Shown here: positions 1 through 23,218 of the stretch, one piece after another
How positions within the stretch are numbered: the stretch's first letter is position 1
Layout: each line of letters starts with the position of its first letter
Assembly: GCA_964016885.1 (NCBI GenBank)
Contig: OZ024743.1
Span: 288,920,001-288,984,000 of the forward strand
Source: Eledone cirrhosa
Lineage: Eukaryota
Direction of reading: 5' to 3'
Length of the DNA stretch: 64,000 nt
The notes under the pieces: generated by a model
The model's input: the letters and a program-made list of their open reading frames with translations, nothing else
What the model was told of the DNA's origin: nothing
Databases searched by the model: none
Translations under genes and position numbers: made by a program

Positions 1-203
1 ATCCTACTAAACAAGTAAGGAGCAGAGAGATTTGAACTCAGAAGGAAAAAATGACAGCAAATATAGCCAGAAATGAAGCAATAAAAGACACCAACCTCTC
101 CACCACACCCTCACCACAAAAACACAACCACTACTAAAAATATTTATATATGTATATATATACATATATACACACACACACGCATATTTATATATACATA
201 CAA

Positions 204-312
<109 letters not shown>

Positions 313-351
313 TATATATATATATACATACACACAAACAGATATATATAG

Positions 352-382
<31 letters not shown>

Positions 383-883
383 CACATATATACAAAGACA
401 CACGCACACACACACATTCACACACATATATATATATTACTGTTTGATATTTATGCAGTTATTACTAATGAACTTTGTGTGGCTAAAAGGAAGTGTGATA
501 CAGTTTTTTTCTTTAAGATCATGTAAAACATTTACACCGATCTAAAATTGTCTTTTAATTATCATTTAATAGTTTGGTAATAATTTTCCACCGAAACTGA
601 ACAGAAGGAGAATAAAAATGTTGCAAATTTGTGGCGGTAGACAGATAAATTAACAAGAAATGATGACATTCATCCCTCCCGGCCCACTTAATTTCATCTG
701 CAACCCTCTTCCCACGTACACCCCAGAATATCTGAGGGAGAGATAGAATTAGAAAAGTGTGCAATGTATGTGTATAAATAAGTATATATATGAATGTATA
801 TATACGTATATATATATATACACATAGTTATATGTCATATATATATATATATGTAAATATATACACATAAATGTATATCACAT

Positions 884-927
<44 letters not shown>

Positions 928-1222
928 CGAAGGAAATCTGGTAAGGAACCAGATGGACCATAACGCACCAAAGTACTCAATACTTAGGGTAGTAGTGTGG
1001 GCAATAGGAACGAGTAGGACCCCGACTACTGAGCTGAAGCCGTTTCGACGGCTAATTCTGAACTCGTATCCACTCAAGTACATCTATTTTCATACTTGTA
1101 ATTTATTCAATTCTTGAAAATAGATGTACTTGAGTGGCTACGATCGTCTAGATTCTGCTGCATGGCCGCAGTCTAATGACTAAAACCAGTAAAAATATAA
1201 AAGAATATAGAATTCTAATTAC

Positions 1223-2010
1223 ATTATTTTCAACACAGAGTCGCGATCAAGACACGAATTTTGTAAATTATGTAATGTAGAATTATTTTGTATTATGAAA
1301 TCCAAAAACATTTTATTAAATAACAGAATAGAGCGATCGTTATACTGTAACCATCGCTTAAAATCTACATTTTCATATTATAAATACCACCAGCATTGAA
1401 CGCCCGTCTCTATCTCCGTTTGGTTGTCAAAATAGATATTAACATTCTCTATTAGTCTTAATTCTATCAACTCTTCTATTATTTACCATTTAATATAAAC
1501 TGCTATAGATAAAATGAGATTTCTGATTTCAATTCCCTAATACACATACCAGCTGGCTACTAGCATTGATGTTATTCAGTAGCAATCGAAATATCCCCCT
1601 TCCCCAATTGACACTTTATAATTAATACTACTACACCAAATGACCAGCCCTGTCCACTGTCCAATTGGTCAAGTAGAGATTAAAATTAGCACTCCCAAAA
1701 ATTCTTATTTAGATAAAATGAACCATTTACTCATGGTATTCTCATTAGAAACCCTTTATATACTTGTTTAGCAGTAAATTGAATTACCATCTGTCATATG
1801 CTATCCCCTCTCTTCTTCCTCTATTACTAATGTAAATACTTCAATTTTTCTGATTTTTTCCAATTTATCCAAAGTCTCTGAAGAAGTGACAACTGATTAT
1901 ATATTTGCTATCGAATACTTGCTAATATTTTATTATTACGCAAGCAGCGATACATAGGTATTCCGTCTGTTACAGAAACATATGTCAATACCTAATAAAT
2001 TCCTTTTCAA
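1223..2010 (+). mobile_element. 3' remnant of a Penelope-like element (endonuclease C-terminus, 3' UTR, decayed HHR, polyA signal)
   Basis: 1262-1399 translates CKLCNVELFCIMKSKNILLNNRIERSLYCNHR...*, matching the CxLC..E...I....LLNKR.E....CxH tail of PLE GIY-YIG domains (Naiad-like). Downstream lie CTGAAGA (1878), a long hairpin, GAAACATATGTC (1975-1986) and AATAAA, then (TA)n. Confidence 0.6.
1872..1995 (+). ncRNA. Decayed type-I hammerhead-like motif with long stem II
   Basis: CTGAAGA; stem II gtgaca/tgttac with inner tatcg/cgata and cttgc/gcaag; GAAA-CATATG-TC with palindromic stem III. Stem I does not pair well. Confidence 0.45.
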
Positions 2011-2042
2011 AAAAAGCAATTTCATTTTATATTCATCTTTTC

Positions 2043-2076
2043 TATATTTATATATATATATTTATATATATATATT

Positions 2077-2109
<33 letters not shown>

Positions 2110-2207
2110 ATAATTATATGGTAAATACTGGTAAATGGAATAATTGCCTTATGTTGTTTTTTACATAATAATATATATATATATATATTTGTATATATAT
2201 ATATATT

Positions 2208-2240
<33 letters not shown>

Positions 2241-2338
2241 ATAATTATATGGTAAATACTGGTAAATGGAATAATTGCCTTATGTTGTTTTTTACATAAT
2301 AATATATATATATATATATTTGTATATATATATATATT

Positions 2339-2405
<67 letters not shown>

Positions 2406-2422
2406 ATATATATATATACATT

Positions 2423-2457
<35 letters not shown>

Positions 2458-2463
2458 ATTTAT

Positions 2464-2554
<91 letters not shown>

Positions 2555-2573
2555 ATATTTATATATACATATT

Positions 2574-2626
<53 letters not shown>

Positions 2627-2637
2627 TTATATATATT

Positions 2638-2670
<33 letters not shown>

Positions 2671-2693
2671 ATATATCTATATATATATATATT

Positions 2694-2782
<89 letters not shown>

Positions 2783-2793
2783 ATATTTATATA
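2043..2793. repeat. (TA)n microsatellite with TTTA interruptions
   Basis: Directly visible; contains two copies of a ~58-bp unique insert (2113-2170 and 2243-2300). Confidence 0.95.
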
Positions 2794-4424
2794 TACAATA
2801 TTAAATAAATGGAAACTATATTTATAAAACCATATTTATTTCATTATATATATTTCGGGGATATCATATTAACAATATGCTATGCCTTCCTCAGACAAAA
2901 TACAATATAAACAGTTTTATAGATAAATATATTCGACATACCGTAACAACACCGACTTGCTTTGAAGAGGTTGAACTGGCAGTGAAAAAATTTTACACAG
3001 AGAGAGAAACCTTACACTAGATAAACTTCTATATAAATATAAGAACACATGTAGACCAAATTGGGCATCATAAACTTTTGAAATGATCTTTGCTAGATGT
3101 GATTTGATAGATAATTTTTCGCTTTGTCTGTCTTTCGACTCTGATGCTTATAATGAACTTGGCAATATATTGTCAATTAATTTTGAAGGGTTGATCTTTG
3201 TGGTTTATTTTTATTTTTTTATTATTGTAGTATCTTCTAATATTTTTTATTTTTATTTTTAATATCTTTAATATGTAAATTTTTTAATATGTATATTTTT
3301 AATATGTAATATTCTTTCGTAATATTTTTTTAGTTTTCTATTTTATTATTACTTTATTATTATTATTGTTATTTTTTTTAGTTTTGTTTCTGATATATAT
3401 TTTTATTAGTATATTGAAATCTGCTCTCTATTTCTGCTTGATAGATAATCTTGTAGAGTAAAGACAGGAATAATAATACACATATATGTATACTCAAATT
3501 TTTATACCACATTGAGAATGTTTTCCGTGAACTTAGAGTTTGCAGAGTTGATCATGTGGATTCACATGGATGTTTCTAGCTATCACATAAACATATGAAT
3601 TTTTTAAAAAACTAAACATAAGATAATTAATTTTCACACACTATGGTTACTTGTATCATTCAGGAATACTGATATTTACAATATAGTGGAAGTTTTATAA
3701 ATACTAATACATTAAAACATAGGGTTTTTACGCCTCGAATATATCTGGCTATTTTAAAATTTTTCTCTCGCTATTTTTTTCTCTCTCTATATTTTTTCTC
3801 TCTCTATATTTTTTTTTCTCTCTATATATATCTCCCTTACATTAATACTAGAGCTAAATAAATAAATAAATAAATAAATGTATCATTCATACATTTACTT
3901 AACTACTGACCTCCCACTACCTAATTTTCTATATATATATGTATCTATCTCTATTTCCTCTCTCTCTCTATATTATATATATCTTTCTGTTTCTTTATAA
4001 GAAGTTCTTCTCTTTATCTATCTTTCCATCTCTCTATTTGTTCCATGCATTTCTTCTTTTTCTTCCTTTTCTTCGTTTTCTGTCTTTCTTTCTTTTTTTT
4101 TTTTTTTTTTTTCTCTCTTTCTTTCTCTCTGTGTAAAATTTTTTCACTGCCAGTTCAACCTCTTCAAATGCAAGTCGGTGTTGTTACGGTATGTCGAATA
4201 TATTTATCTATAAAACTGTTTATATTGTATTTTGTCTGAGGAAGGCATAGCATATTGTTAATATGATATCCCCGAAATATATATAATGAAATAAATATGG
4301 TTTTATAAATATAGTTTCCATCTATTTAATATTGTAAATATACTCCAAATATTTGTCGAGTGCTTTTATATCAGTTATAAATATTTACTAGTTGTAACCC
4401 AACAATTTTAAATATAACTTTCCA
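2794..4424. mobile_element. Family A HHR element: inverted arms 2794-~3010 (minus) and ~4122-4424 (plus) around a ~1.1-kb spacer
   Basis: The arms are reverse complements over ~215 bp. Each carries an HHR whose 3' end points outward into (TA)n. Resembles an inverted PLE pseudo-LTR arrangement. Confidence 0.8.
4220..4300 (+). ncRNA. Type-I minimal hammerhead ribozyme (family A)
   Basis: Stem I ttatatt(g)tattttgt / atgaaataaatatgg; CTGAGGA at 4236; stem II containing catatt/aatatg; GAAA at 4274; TATATA; TA cleavage after 4285. Confidence 0.75.
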
Positions 4425-5283
<859 letters not shown>

Positions 5284-5500
5284 TGCAAAGATTTATTTAA
5301 ATTGTTGGGTTAACAACGAGTAAATATTTATAACTGATATAAAAGCACTCCAACAAGTATTTGGAGTATATTTACGATATTAAATAAATGGAAACTATAT
5401 TTATAAAACCATATTTATTTCATTATATATATTTCAGGGATATCATATTAAAAATATCTTATGCCTTCTTCAGACAAAATTACAATATAAACAGTCTTAT
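5284..5500 (-). mobile_element. Diverged single-arm copy of family A HHR element
   Basis: Homologous to the reverse complement of 4210-4424; HHR core reads CTGAAGA...GAAATATATATA on the minus strand; flanked by (TA)n. Confidence 0.75.
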
Positions 5501-5518
5501 ATATATATATATATATAT

Positions 5519-6444
5519 CGCCTTCGACCCCTCCCACCACTCCCATCGTCACCTCCGCCTTCTTCAAACCCACCGACTCCCACTCTTACCTCGACTTCAC
5601 CTCTTCCCACCCCACCCCCACTAAACACTCCATTCCCTACTCCCAACTTCTCTGGATCCACCGCCTCTGTAGCCGAGATGCTGACTTTGAGTCCCAGGCC
5701 CTTTCCTAGTCAGCCATTTCATCCGCAGAGGTTACCCCCCCTCTCTCGTCCACACCCGCTCTCACACCCGCGCCCGTGCTGTGCCCCGCTCCACCACCCT
5801 CACCCCACGCCACCGCACACCCACCCACCGTCTCCCATCCCATCACCTACCACCCCACCACCTTACCCCTCCACCGCACCCATCCGCCGCCTCTTCCGAC
5901 GCCTCCAGTCCGACCCCCTCCACCTCCCACATCTTCCCAACCCCACCACTCCCCTCCCTTCAAAAGCGCACTGCAATCTCCCGCACCCTCCTCGTCCACA
6001 GCTCCCTACCCCCAACCCACGCTCTGTCCCCCCCCCCCGGTTCATTTCCCTGTTCTAGGCCCCGCTGCAACACCTGTCCCCACATCACCAAACACCAACC
6101 ACCTTCCAGGGTCCCAACGGCCACTCTCTCTCGTCCGGCATGCCTTCCGCTGCACCTCCTCCAACCTAGTCTACGTCCCGTCTGTCCGACTTACGTCGGA
6201 CAGACGGGACGTCGCCTGGCGGACCGATTCACGGAGCACCTCCGGGATATTCGTCTCGGGGGCAGTTCCCCCATCGCCCGCCACTTTGGTGGCCCTGGAC
6301 ATTCCGCACACCATCTCACAGTCTGTGGCCCTACTCCAGTGCCACGGAACACCCGCCAATCGCCTTACGGTCGAACAACGAACTATCTTCATCTTACAGA
6401 CCCACACTCCCCCCGGCCTGAACTCCCCACCCCTATTCCTTTAG
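5519..6444 (+). pseudogene. PLE RT thumb, Zn-knuckle and GIY-YIG endonuclease (frameshifted)
   Basis: FKPTDSHSYLDFTSSHP...KHSIPYSQL..HRLCS from ~5563; PCSRPRCNTCPHI; FRCTSSNLVY; YVGQTGRRLADRFTEHLRDI...IARHF; EQRTIFILQTHTPPGLN, spread across several frames. Confidence 0.85.
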
Positions 6445-7327
6445 CCTTCGACCGCCCCCCTCCCCCACACTTATCCCCACTAACACCAGTAACACACCCC
6501 TCCTTTTCAACCGCCCACCCCACAACTAACAATACTAAACACCTCCACTCCACCCCTCATCTGACCACCCTTCCCCAACTAACATACTAACATCCCTTCC
6601 CTCTTCTCCTCCTCCCCCTCCTTATCACACGCACAACACCCCACCGGCACATATATACACGCGCCCACACTAAACACACACCATACTACCACCACTTATC
6701 CCTCACCCCCACACCTCTCACCCAACACCTCCATCCACCACCCCCGCAAATAACCTCACTAACACCCCCTAACCCCAAGCACACGAACACACGCACCCAC
6801 TTACACCACCCACCCCACACGCAACTAACATCACTAACACCCCCCAAACCCACGCACACGTACCCACACACCCTCGTACACCACCAACTCTACACACCCT
6901 ACCACCACTAACCCCCACTCACACCTGCATTCAACCCCTCCCCACCTCCCGTATACTAACACCCACTAACACCTCTTCATCAAACTACACACACACCAGT
7001 ACACCACACTCCCTCCATAGAACACACACACCCTTCTCTCCCCGCTCCACCCACACCCTCGCTCCACACTCACTCATCCCACTAACACCTCTACTAATAC
7101 ACACACACACACCCTCCTCACTCCAACTTCACACCTACCCATCCTAGCCCTTTACCATTCCACCGACTGCTGCTATTCCCCCTGACCACCTCCCAGCACA
7201 CACAGACACACAGCACTCCCACTGCTTGACCACTTCTGTTGCGCGCGCACCCCACATCTCTCCTCTTCCGACCATCGCTTCATGGAATACACACACGCAG
7301 AAATTGACCAACAACGAATCCACTAAA

Positions 7328-7527
7328 NNNNNNNNNNNNNNNNNNNNNNNNNNNNNNNNNNNNNNNNNNNNNNNNNNNNNNNNNNNNNNNNNNNNNNNNN
7401 NNNNNNNNNNNNNNNNNNNNNNNNNNNNNNNNNNNNNNNNNNNNNNNNNNNNNNNNNNNNNNNNNNNNNNNNNNNNNNNNNNNNNNNNNNNNNNNNNNNN
7501 NNNNNNNNNNNNNNNNNNNNNNNNNNN
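7328..7527. other. Assembly gap (200 N)
   Basis: N run; the same ~44 bp occurs on both sides, suggesting an unmerged overlap. Confidence 0.95.
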
Positions 7528-8174
7528 GGAATACACACACGCAGAAATTGACCAACAACGAATCCACTAAACATCTTCGGAATTTACCTACTTTTCAACC
7601 ATCCTCTTACGTAATCACCTATATAACTCACCCACACAAACACCCCAAAAACATTTTTTTCTCCACACGCCACCTACACCCACAACACGCTTAAACCCCA
7701 CACACACGTGCTTTCCACCACATATTTACACCCTCAGCCTCCTGATTCCTCCCCCCCCCTCTTTCCACACACGCAGAGACACTCCCCCCCCCTCCCACAC
7801 ACCTCTTCCTGAACATGCAACCCCGTTCTTCCCCAACCCTTACTTTCACATACACACACACACACACAGACGCACACCTACACACACACCACCTTCAGCC
7901 CTCCCCGCTCGGACACCCCGTCTCCCTCTCCCCACTCCACCCGCCACCACCCCTACACACCCCACACCCTTCCACCACCTGTTTTACCCCCCTTTTAATT
8001 TTAGTTTATTTTGATCATGCTTTTATATTTAAATTTATCTCATTGCTTGTATTTTGATCATGCTTTATTTTTATTTTTATCTTTATTTTTTATTTTTTCA
8101 TTCGCACCGTTTCCTTTCGCTATATGTCTCTCCACCACTCCCCTACACACCCTTAGAACTCTGTTCCCACACAC

Positions 8175-8212
8175 TTCTCACCTGAGGATGGGCTTGTGCC
8201 CGAAACGTCGTC
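8175..8212 (+). ncRNA. Hammerhead-like core at the PLE 3' end
   Basis: CTGAGGA-t-gggc(ttgt)gccc-GAAA-cgtcg-TC; the stem I partner is not adjacent. Confidence 0.55.
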
Positions 8213-8301
8213 CCCCACCAACACCCCACTCTCCAGAGCGTGAAATTAATAAACATTCGTTGTACTGCCTCTCTGTTTTGTCCCTGTTCAAATTTTTCCA
8301 T

Positions 8302-17122
<8,821 letters not shown>

Positions 17123-17499
17123 ATTATTTATTCACTTTACTTTAAACCCCTTTTTCATATTTTGATTAAATTTACCTCAATTTATAATTCGATATAATCA
17201 TTCATATTTAATTCATAATTTTCAAGAAAACACACTGACCTGCGCAAAAAAAATAGTAGACTGCCAGCAACAGCAACAATAACAAAAACAGTAACAAGTA
17301 ATAACATTATAAATAACAATATTAACTTTATTGGACTCGGGCCAAAACATTGAGAACCACATATTGACTGTCGGAATTTATATATAAACATGTAAAACTG
17401 GTAAAAAAACATCCCTTTTTTTCATGAATTTATTGTTCCTTTTTCTTACATTGCAGTACAGATAACAAATAACAACAAATTTATAACATCAGAATTCCT

Positions 17500-18175
17500 C
17501 TATAGTTGGAAGCACCACTCAGTGTTAAATAAGAAACTATTCAGATCCGAGATCGCCCCGATCTTCTCAATTGATTAGAGTACTATAATGAAGCATACCT
17601 CTCTCCCATATTCTCTCCATCTTGCAGGTCTATCACTAGAGTAACTCACGCGGGACATTCATAATGTATTCGTTCACTTTCTAACAAATGTACTTATCAG
17701 AAATCTTTGCGTTTCGAACTTAACTCCCCTTTGTAAGTGTAACTTGTAAAAGTAAATGAGGATTTGGTTGAAGACAAATGTATCTGTCGTGAGTCATTTC
17801 AACATCGTCCATCGTAATAGCCACCAGACTGAGGAAACCTCTTTCACTTGCCTGCCAAAAGAAAGCGGTGGGACGATCTTTACAATCCAGTTGGCAAATA
17901 ACCCACAAGAAACAACTACTGTTCAACAAAACTCCACAATCTATGAACTAGAATCATTCAGTGACTCATCCTGAGAAGTTGTGCAAAATGTGGCCGAAAA
18001 GCTGCACACATCTGTTTCGTTTCGAGCAGCAGGCTCTCCAAAGATCGATTTAAGGCTTTGTCACCTCGCTGTGCGACTTCCACGTATTCAGATCATGTGC
18101 CTATACAGCGATTTAATAGCGGTTTGGGCAGCTGTTGCCTCATTTTTCAGTCCTTGTGAAGTCGGAAGATTTTGA
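17500..18175 (-). mobile_element. Old Tx1-like LINE ORF2 remnant
   Basis: The minus strand near 18030-17975 translates LLLETKQMCAAFRPHFAQLL, similar to ILEPKQMCEAFQKHLARLF at 46278. Boundaries approximate. Confidence 0.5.
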
Positions 18176-18794
18176 AATGTTCTGCTATTGTTGCTGATGT
18201 TGATGCGAACAAATCTTGTTGTTGCTCTTTATGTTATCTAATTGAGCAATTATAGTAGTGTCGTTGCTGGTCTTTTCGTTGTTGCAATTATTGTTGTTGG
18301 TGTTGTTCTTGGTGGAGTCTATCTTTTCTGTTGTAGTGAATAGTGAAGCTTTGTTGTTGTTGATCATGTTTTTATACTGTTGCCATTAATATTTTGTTTA
18401 TACCAATAATATTGTTTTCACTGATATTTAATAAAATGATGATACATTTAGGGTTGAAATTTTCGTCTCTTTTGCTAGTGATACTCTTTTAAATAGAAGT
18501 ATTATTTTTTGTGGCACTGGGGGTGGTGGGAGGAGTAACAACAGATGCTAATGCTGGAAGTGTGCTGGTATTGAAATAAAATGAGAAAGTGTATATGAGA
18601 GAGAAAGAGTTATGCTGTTCATTTTGTGATGGCATGAAAGAATAATGGAAAATCTCTGAAAATAAAATATTTCTAAATAAGAAGTTGCAATTTATGGTCA
18701 AAAGTTCAGGAGGCATTCCTTTTGTAAGCAAAAATTATATAACCGTATCCACGGTATTTGATAATCATTTCGCAGAGAAATGTAATAATAATAA

Positions 18795-19660
18795 TTGTTT
18801 CTGATTTATTGGCCATGCAGGCCCAAGAAATTTGGGGCATTATATACAAAACAGAGTGGGATTTAAAGGATGGGGGACATCAAAGAAGTGAATATAGTAG
18901 ACTTAACAATAATAGAAATTTTAAAGGTTCATAGAAAATTGAGTAAACTCGGACGCAGAAAAATAACTGTAAATATAGATGTTTGCTATAAATAGCTTAG
19001 AAAATCCAGTAAAGGCCCTTTATGGACAGGCAAAAGTGGCTAGTGTTTCGAAAGTTCTAACGTTGCATACTATGTTGTTAGAAATAAACGATTTCATTAA
19101 AGGGTAATTCCAAGGATGTCCCCACACAAGACTCTGGATTTCTCTGTCACATTAAGGCCATTAAAAGTGTCCACTCCAGGTTTCTTTCTATCGATTTGAA
19201 AAACAGCCACGTCCATCTCGTCACGCACTCATCTTTTATAAAGCACTGGGTTGTACCTTTATAAAGTACTGGCTATAAAGCAGGCAGGACGGTTTCGTCG
19301 CCATGCGTGCCTCTCACACAGGTCTGGCTGTTGGCATTTAAGTACTTCAAGAGCGTCTTTCAAACTGGTAGTGCCCCTCTGCCCATCTGCCGGCTAAGGA
19401 TTCGTGGAAGGTTCTCCAAAAGAGCCTGATAAGATTGCCTTTGTCAACGCCCAGAGTTGCTCCTGGCCATCATTGTTCATACCTTCCACTAAATCCCTAT
19501 AGAGCGCAAGTGTCATTTTCTGGCCAACTACCGCATTTTTAGCTTGTAAAATCCCGTGACTGTCTGGCAACACTGTAGCTGCCATGCACCCAAAATTGTA
19601 TGCACTTTATTCAAGATTGTAGTTAAGTCATGGAGACGAGCTGCAGAAAAACGTTTTCGT
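18795..19660 (-). mobile_element. Old Tx1-like LINE 3' remnant
   Basis: The minus strand translates LALYRDLV and RGALPV*KTL...TCVRG...DETV, similar to FYRVLV and RGALPVRERL...ICPRC...EETV at 47900-48170. Boundaries approximate. Confidence 0.55.
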
Positions 19661-20972
19661 AATTGCAGAAATTGAGTGTTGGCTGTAGTGCGTATCAGAG
19701 ATTCATTAACGACAGCTATTCGAGACAAGGTCAATAATTTAGAGGGGAGGGGAATGGTACCTTATCGACCTCGGAAGGATGAAACTAAATACTGCAAATC
19801 ATTTCGTCCGATGTCACAACGATTCCACCTATCCACCATGATGATGATGATAATAGTGTTTTCTACAAAATTTAGGCTCAATTCCAACAACTTATACCAC
19901 TCAACTATATTGACTCCAGTACTTTACTAGGGGTTATTTTCTCTACCCTGGAGGTATGGAAACCATAAAAGTATTTAATATTAAATATCGAACTCATTAC
20001 AAGGAGTATAAAGAAATAAACTAGACTAGTCGTATTCATATACAAGCTTAGATATACTAAACTGGAGAGTGTAGCTAAGAATAAAAAAATAACAAATTGT
20101 AGTACATATGTGATATGCATTCAGGTTTATACCTCATTTGAGTTAAATATGGGAAGGTAAGACTTATGGCAGAATCAGCAGAGATGAATTCTTGGCTTGC
20201 TTTGGTCCCCATAAAGTATTGTGGGAAACGCAGTGTAGATAAATGTGTCGAGTAATCTTAAATTACACTTTAATTTAACGTGATCGCCATCCCGAAGAAT
20301 GGAGGATCATCCAAGCCTCTATGTGGGAAATAATTAGAGATTGTTGGAGGAGTATGTAGACTATTTAAAGGCAACATGATCGAAAAGGCAACAACCACGG
20401 TAACAACAATAACCACAACCCCTAAGATCGAAAGAAGACTGGTAATAGGAAAAACAGTAGTTTGTCATCTCCCGTATACAGTTTCCGGTCGTATGTAGAG
20501 AGGAGGTGGCTTGACTTCCATCTCATAATACACGTATTTACAAACAGGGTGGTTTAATCTCTTGGTTAAAAGTGTTAAAGCCAGGGAGCAGAAGAGAAAA
20601 TAGAGGAAGTCCCTCTGGAATATTCCTCTTCTGATAGGGTATTGATTCACATTTTAAATTCTTTATTTACATTGTATCTCTACAACTGCCTTCCGTTTAC
20701 TTTCGACATGTTTGATTGATGTAATTCTTTGTAATTATTTCTACCTTACTCGCGGCTAATTTTCCCAAATCTTTCTTCTGCAGTCGTCATCAGTTATGGC
20801 TTTGTTGATCAGTACCCGATATATCAAATCCTTATTAGACTTTACATTAGCGTTTCTATCCTCTCTGGCGTGCGTTGATATTTTTTTCTGGGTGAGCATT
20901 CACGATTTACGATAAGACTGATGTTATTTTTTTATACACACACACACGTATATGTATATATATATATATAAT

Positions 20973-21026
<54 letters not shown>

Positions 21027-21852
21027 TATGTATATATGTATATATATATATATATATATATCATGTAGGCGGACAAGTTATAAAAGTGTAGATTGCGGTG
21101 CTTGTGATCCTTCAGGCTTGGAGATGAGATGAGTTTTATACTCGGTGAGCCATACAGATGTTATTTTTGACTAATTTAGCAAATCGATGAATATCTTTAC
21201 AAGCATCTCCTTTGTACGATGCTTGTTAGATATTATATCCAGATATTTGGCACTTTGTCATTTCTGGATACTTTCCAGTTGTTTATATCCTGTAGAATCT
21301 GGGTTATTTCTATTATTATTTCTTTCTTTTATTGTTATATTTTTTGTAATTCTAGCATTTTGGTTTGTGGCGATCTGTCCGCTATCCATACTCAAATCCC
21401 CTCCCCCCCAAAAAAAATCTATTCCTTTTGATGTTAGAGCTGCATTGGTTCTATTTGTAATCTTTACATATATTTTACCTAGTTTTTGGTTAAATGTTTT
21501 AGATAGGAAAAAAATGACTTGTTTTGTTTTAAAAAAACTGTTTTCGCTTTTCATAATGTCAGATTCTTTTCTATTTATCGAAGGTTACATCATTTTACAT
21601 GGACTTTGATTTCTTGTATTCATTTATGTGTGTTGGTGCTTCTCTCTCGTGATGTTTTTTTATTACATTCTTTCATTTGTCATCTTTAGCCGTTCATCTA
21701 TTTCGTTGTTGCTGAAAAACAAATATCCCAAGAGATTTCATTCGAAAAGCATCAGTGTTTCGACTTTCAGGCTGATACTTATTCTTGTACATCGGCAAAA
21801 GATACTTACACCCCCCCCCCCCCATATATATATATATATATATATATACATA

Positions 21853-23152
21853 CAGGGTGGGGCATAATTCCTGTTACAAAGTTTTAAATCAATTTAAAAA
21901 TACATTATGTTGCTAATATAACTAATATATTTGTATCAAATCCATGCACTATAACCATATTAACTAATTTTTAAAACATTACTCCATTAACAATTTGCAA
22001 TGTCCATAGAATTGAAAAGAAAGTTCATAATAGAGAAGCATGAAAAAGGCCTGACTCCACCCAAGATATTTAAACTGGGGAAAATTCTTAAGATCAATAG
22101 AATGTTGATCAAAAGGACAATCGATCGATTTAAGGAAACTTCCTCGATCAAAGACAGACCTCGATCCAGACGCCCTCGCACCTCAAGAACACCAAATCTC
22201 GTTAAAAGTGTGAGGGAAAAAATAAGGCGTAATCCAAGAAAGTCCATGAGAAAAATGGCAGAAGAAGCAGAAACATCGCCGAGAACTATGCGGAGGATAT
22301 GTGGAAATGATCTGGGGATGTCACCCTATAAGTTCCAAAAGAGGGAGCTTCTTTCTGCAGACACAATTGAAAAGAGGCTCTCCAGAAGTAAACTGTTATT
22401 GAACTGTATCAAGGATGGCACGCTGCAAAACATCATCTTTACAGATGAGAATTTATTCACTGTGCAGCAGTCTCACAATCATCAAAATGATCGAGTACTT
22501 GCAAAAAGTCTCAAATCAATTCCTTCAAGTGTAGGAAAAGTGTTCAGAACACAGAAACCAGCATCAGTGATGATTTGGGCAGCCATTTCTGAAAGAGGTA
22601 ATTCTCTTCTGATTTGTGTGCCTCAAGGAGTTAAAATTAACAAAGAACTTTACATAAAGGATATTTTGGAAGGAGCACTGATGCCATGGTGCATATTTGT
22701 TTATGGCGATGACATTTGGACTCTCCAACAAGATGGAGCGACGAGCCACACTGCTTGCATAACACAACAGTGGTGTAGAGACCATTGTCCTGCATGGTTC
22801 ATAAGGAAGAGTGGCCTCCCACATCACCAGATCTCAACCCTCTCGATTTTTCTTTGTGGTCAATTCTTGAGAGTGAAACCTGCTCTACTCCTAGCCAAAA
22901 TATTGAAACTCTAAAATCAAAACTGAATAAAGTATGGGAGAAAATACCCATGGAAACTGTTCGTGCAGTCATTGAAGACTTTCCTAGAAGACTTCTAGCG
23001 GTGGTGAGAGTTAGAGGAAAGCATTTCGAATACATTTTTGTGCAGTTGTTTAATAGTATATTACTTACTATTTGTTGAAGTCAGATCTTGAAATAAATGT
23101 TTTATTCAAGAACTATTTGCATTTTATTTTGTAACAGTTTTTATGCCCCACC

Positions 23153-23155
<3 letters not shown>
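21853..23155 (+). mobile_element. Tc1/mariner DNA transposon, DD37D (maT) family
   Basis: TIRs cagggtggggcataa..ctgttacaaa / tttgtaacag..ttatgccccaccctg; TA target-site duplication inside (TA)n; 1303 bp. Confidence 0.92.
22000..23078 (+). pseudogene. DD37D transposase with one frameshift near 22795
   Basis: N-terminal HTH region; IFTDE, QQDGATSHTA and WPPTSPDLNPLD; 37 residues between the 2nd and 3rd Asp after frameshift repair. Confidence 0.88.

Positions 23156-23218
<63 letters not shown>

Larger units (their letters stand above)
5519..8301 (+). mobile_element. 5'-truncated Neptune-type Penelope-like retroelement with long C/A-rich 3' UTR
   Basis: RT thumb plus GIY-YIG coding remnant, terminal HHR-like core at 8182-8212 and AATAAA at 8248; bounded by (TA)n on both sides. 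Confidence 0.8.

Noticed and set aside
3010-4120. Coding remnant in the family A spacer
   Set aside because: I could read no convincing motif in any frame; it needs a translated search.
7283-7572. 44-bp direct repeat flanking the N run
   Set aside because: Typical unmerged contig overlap rather than a biological repeat.
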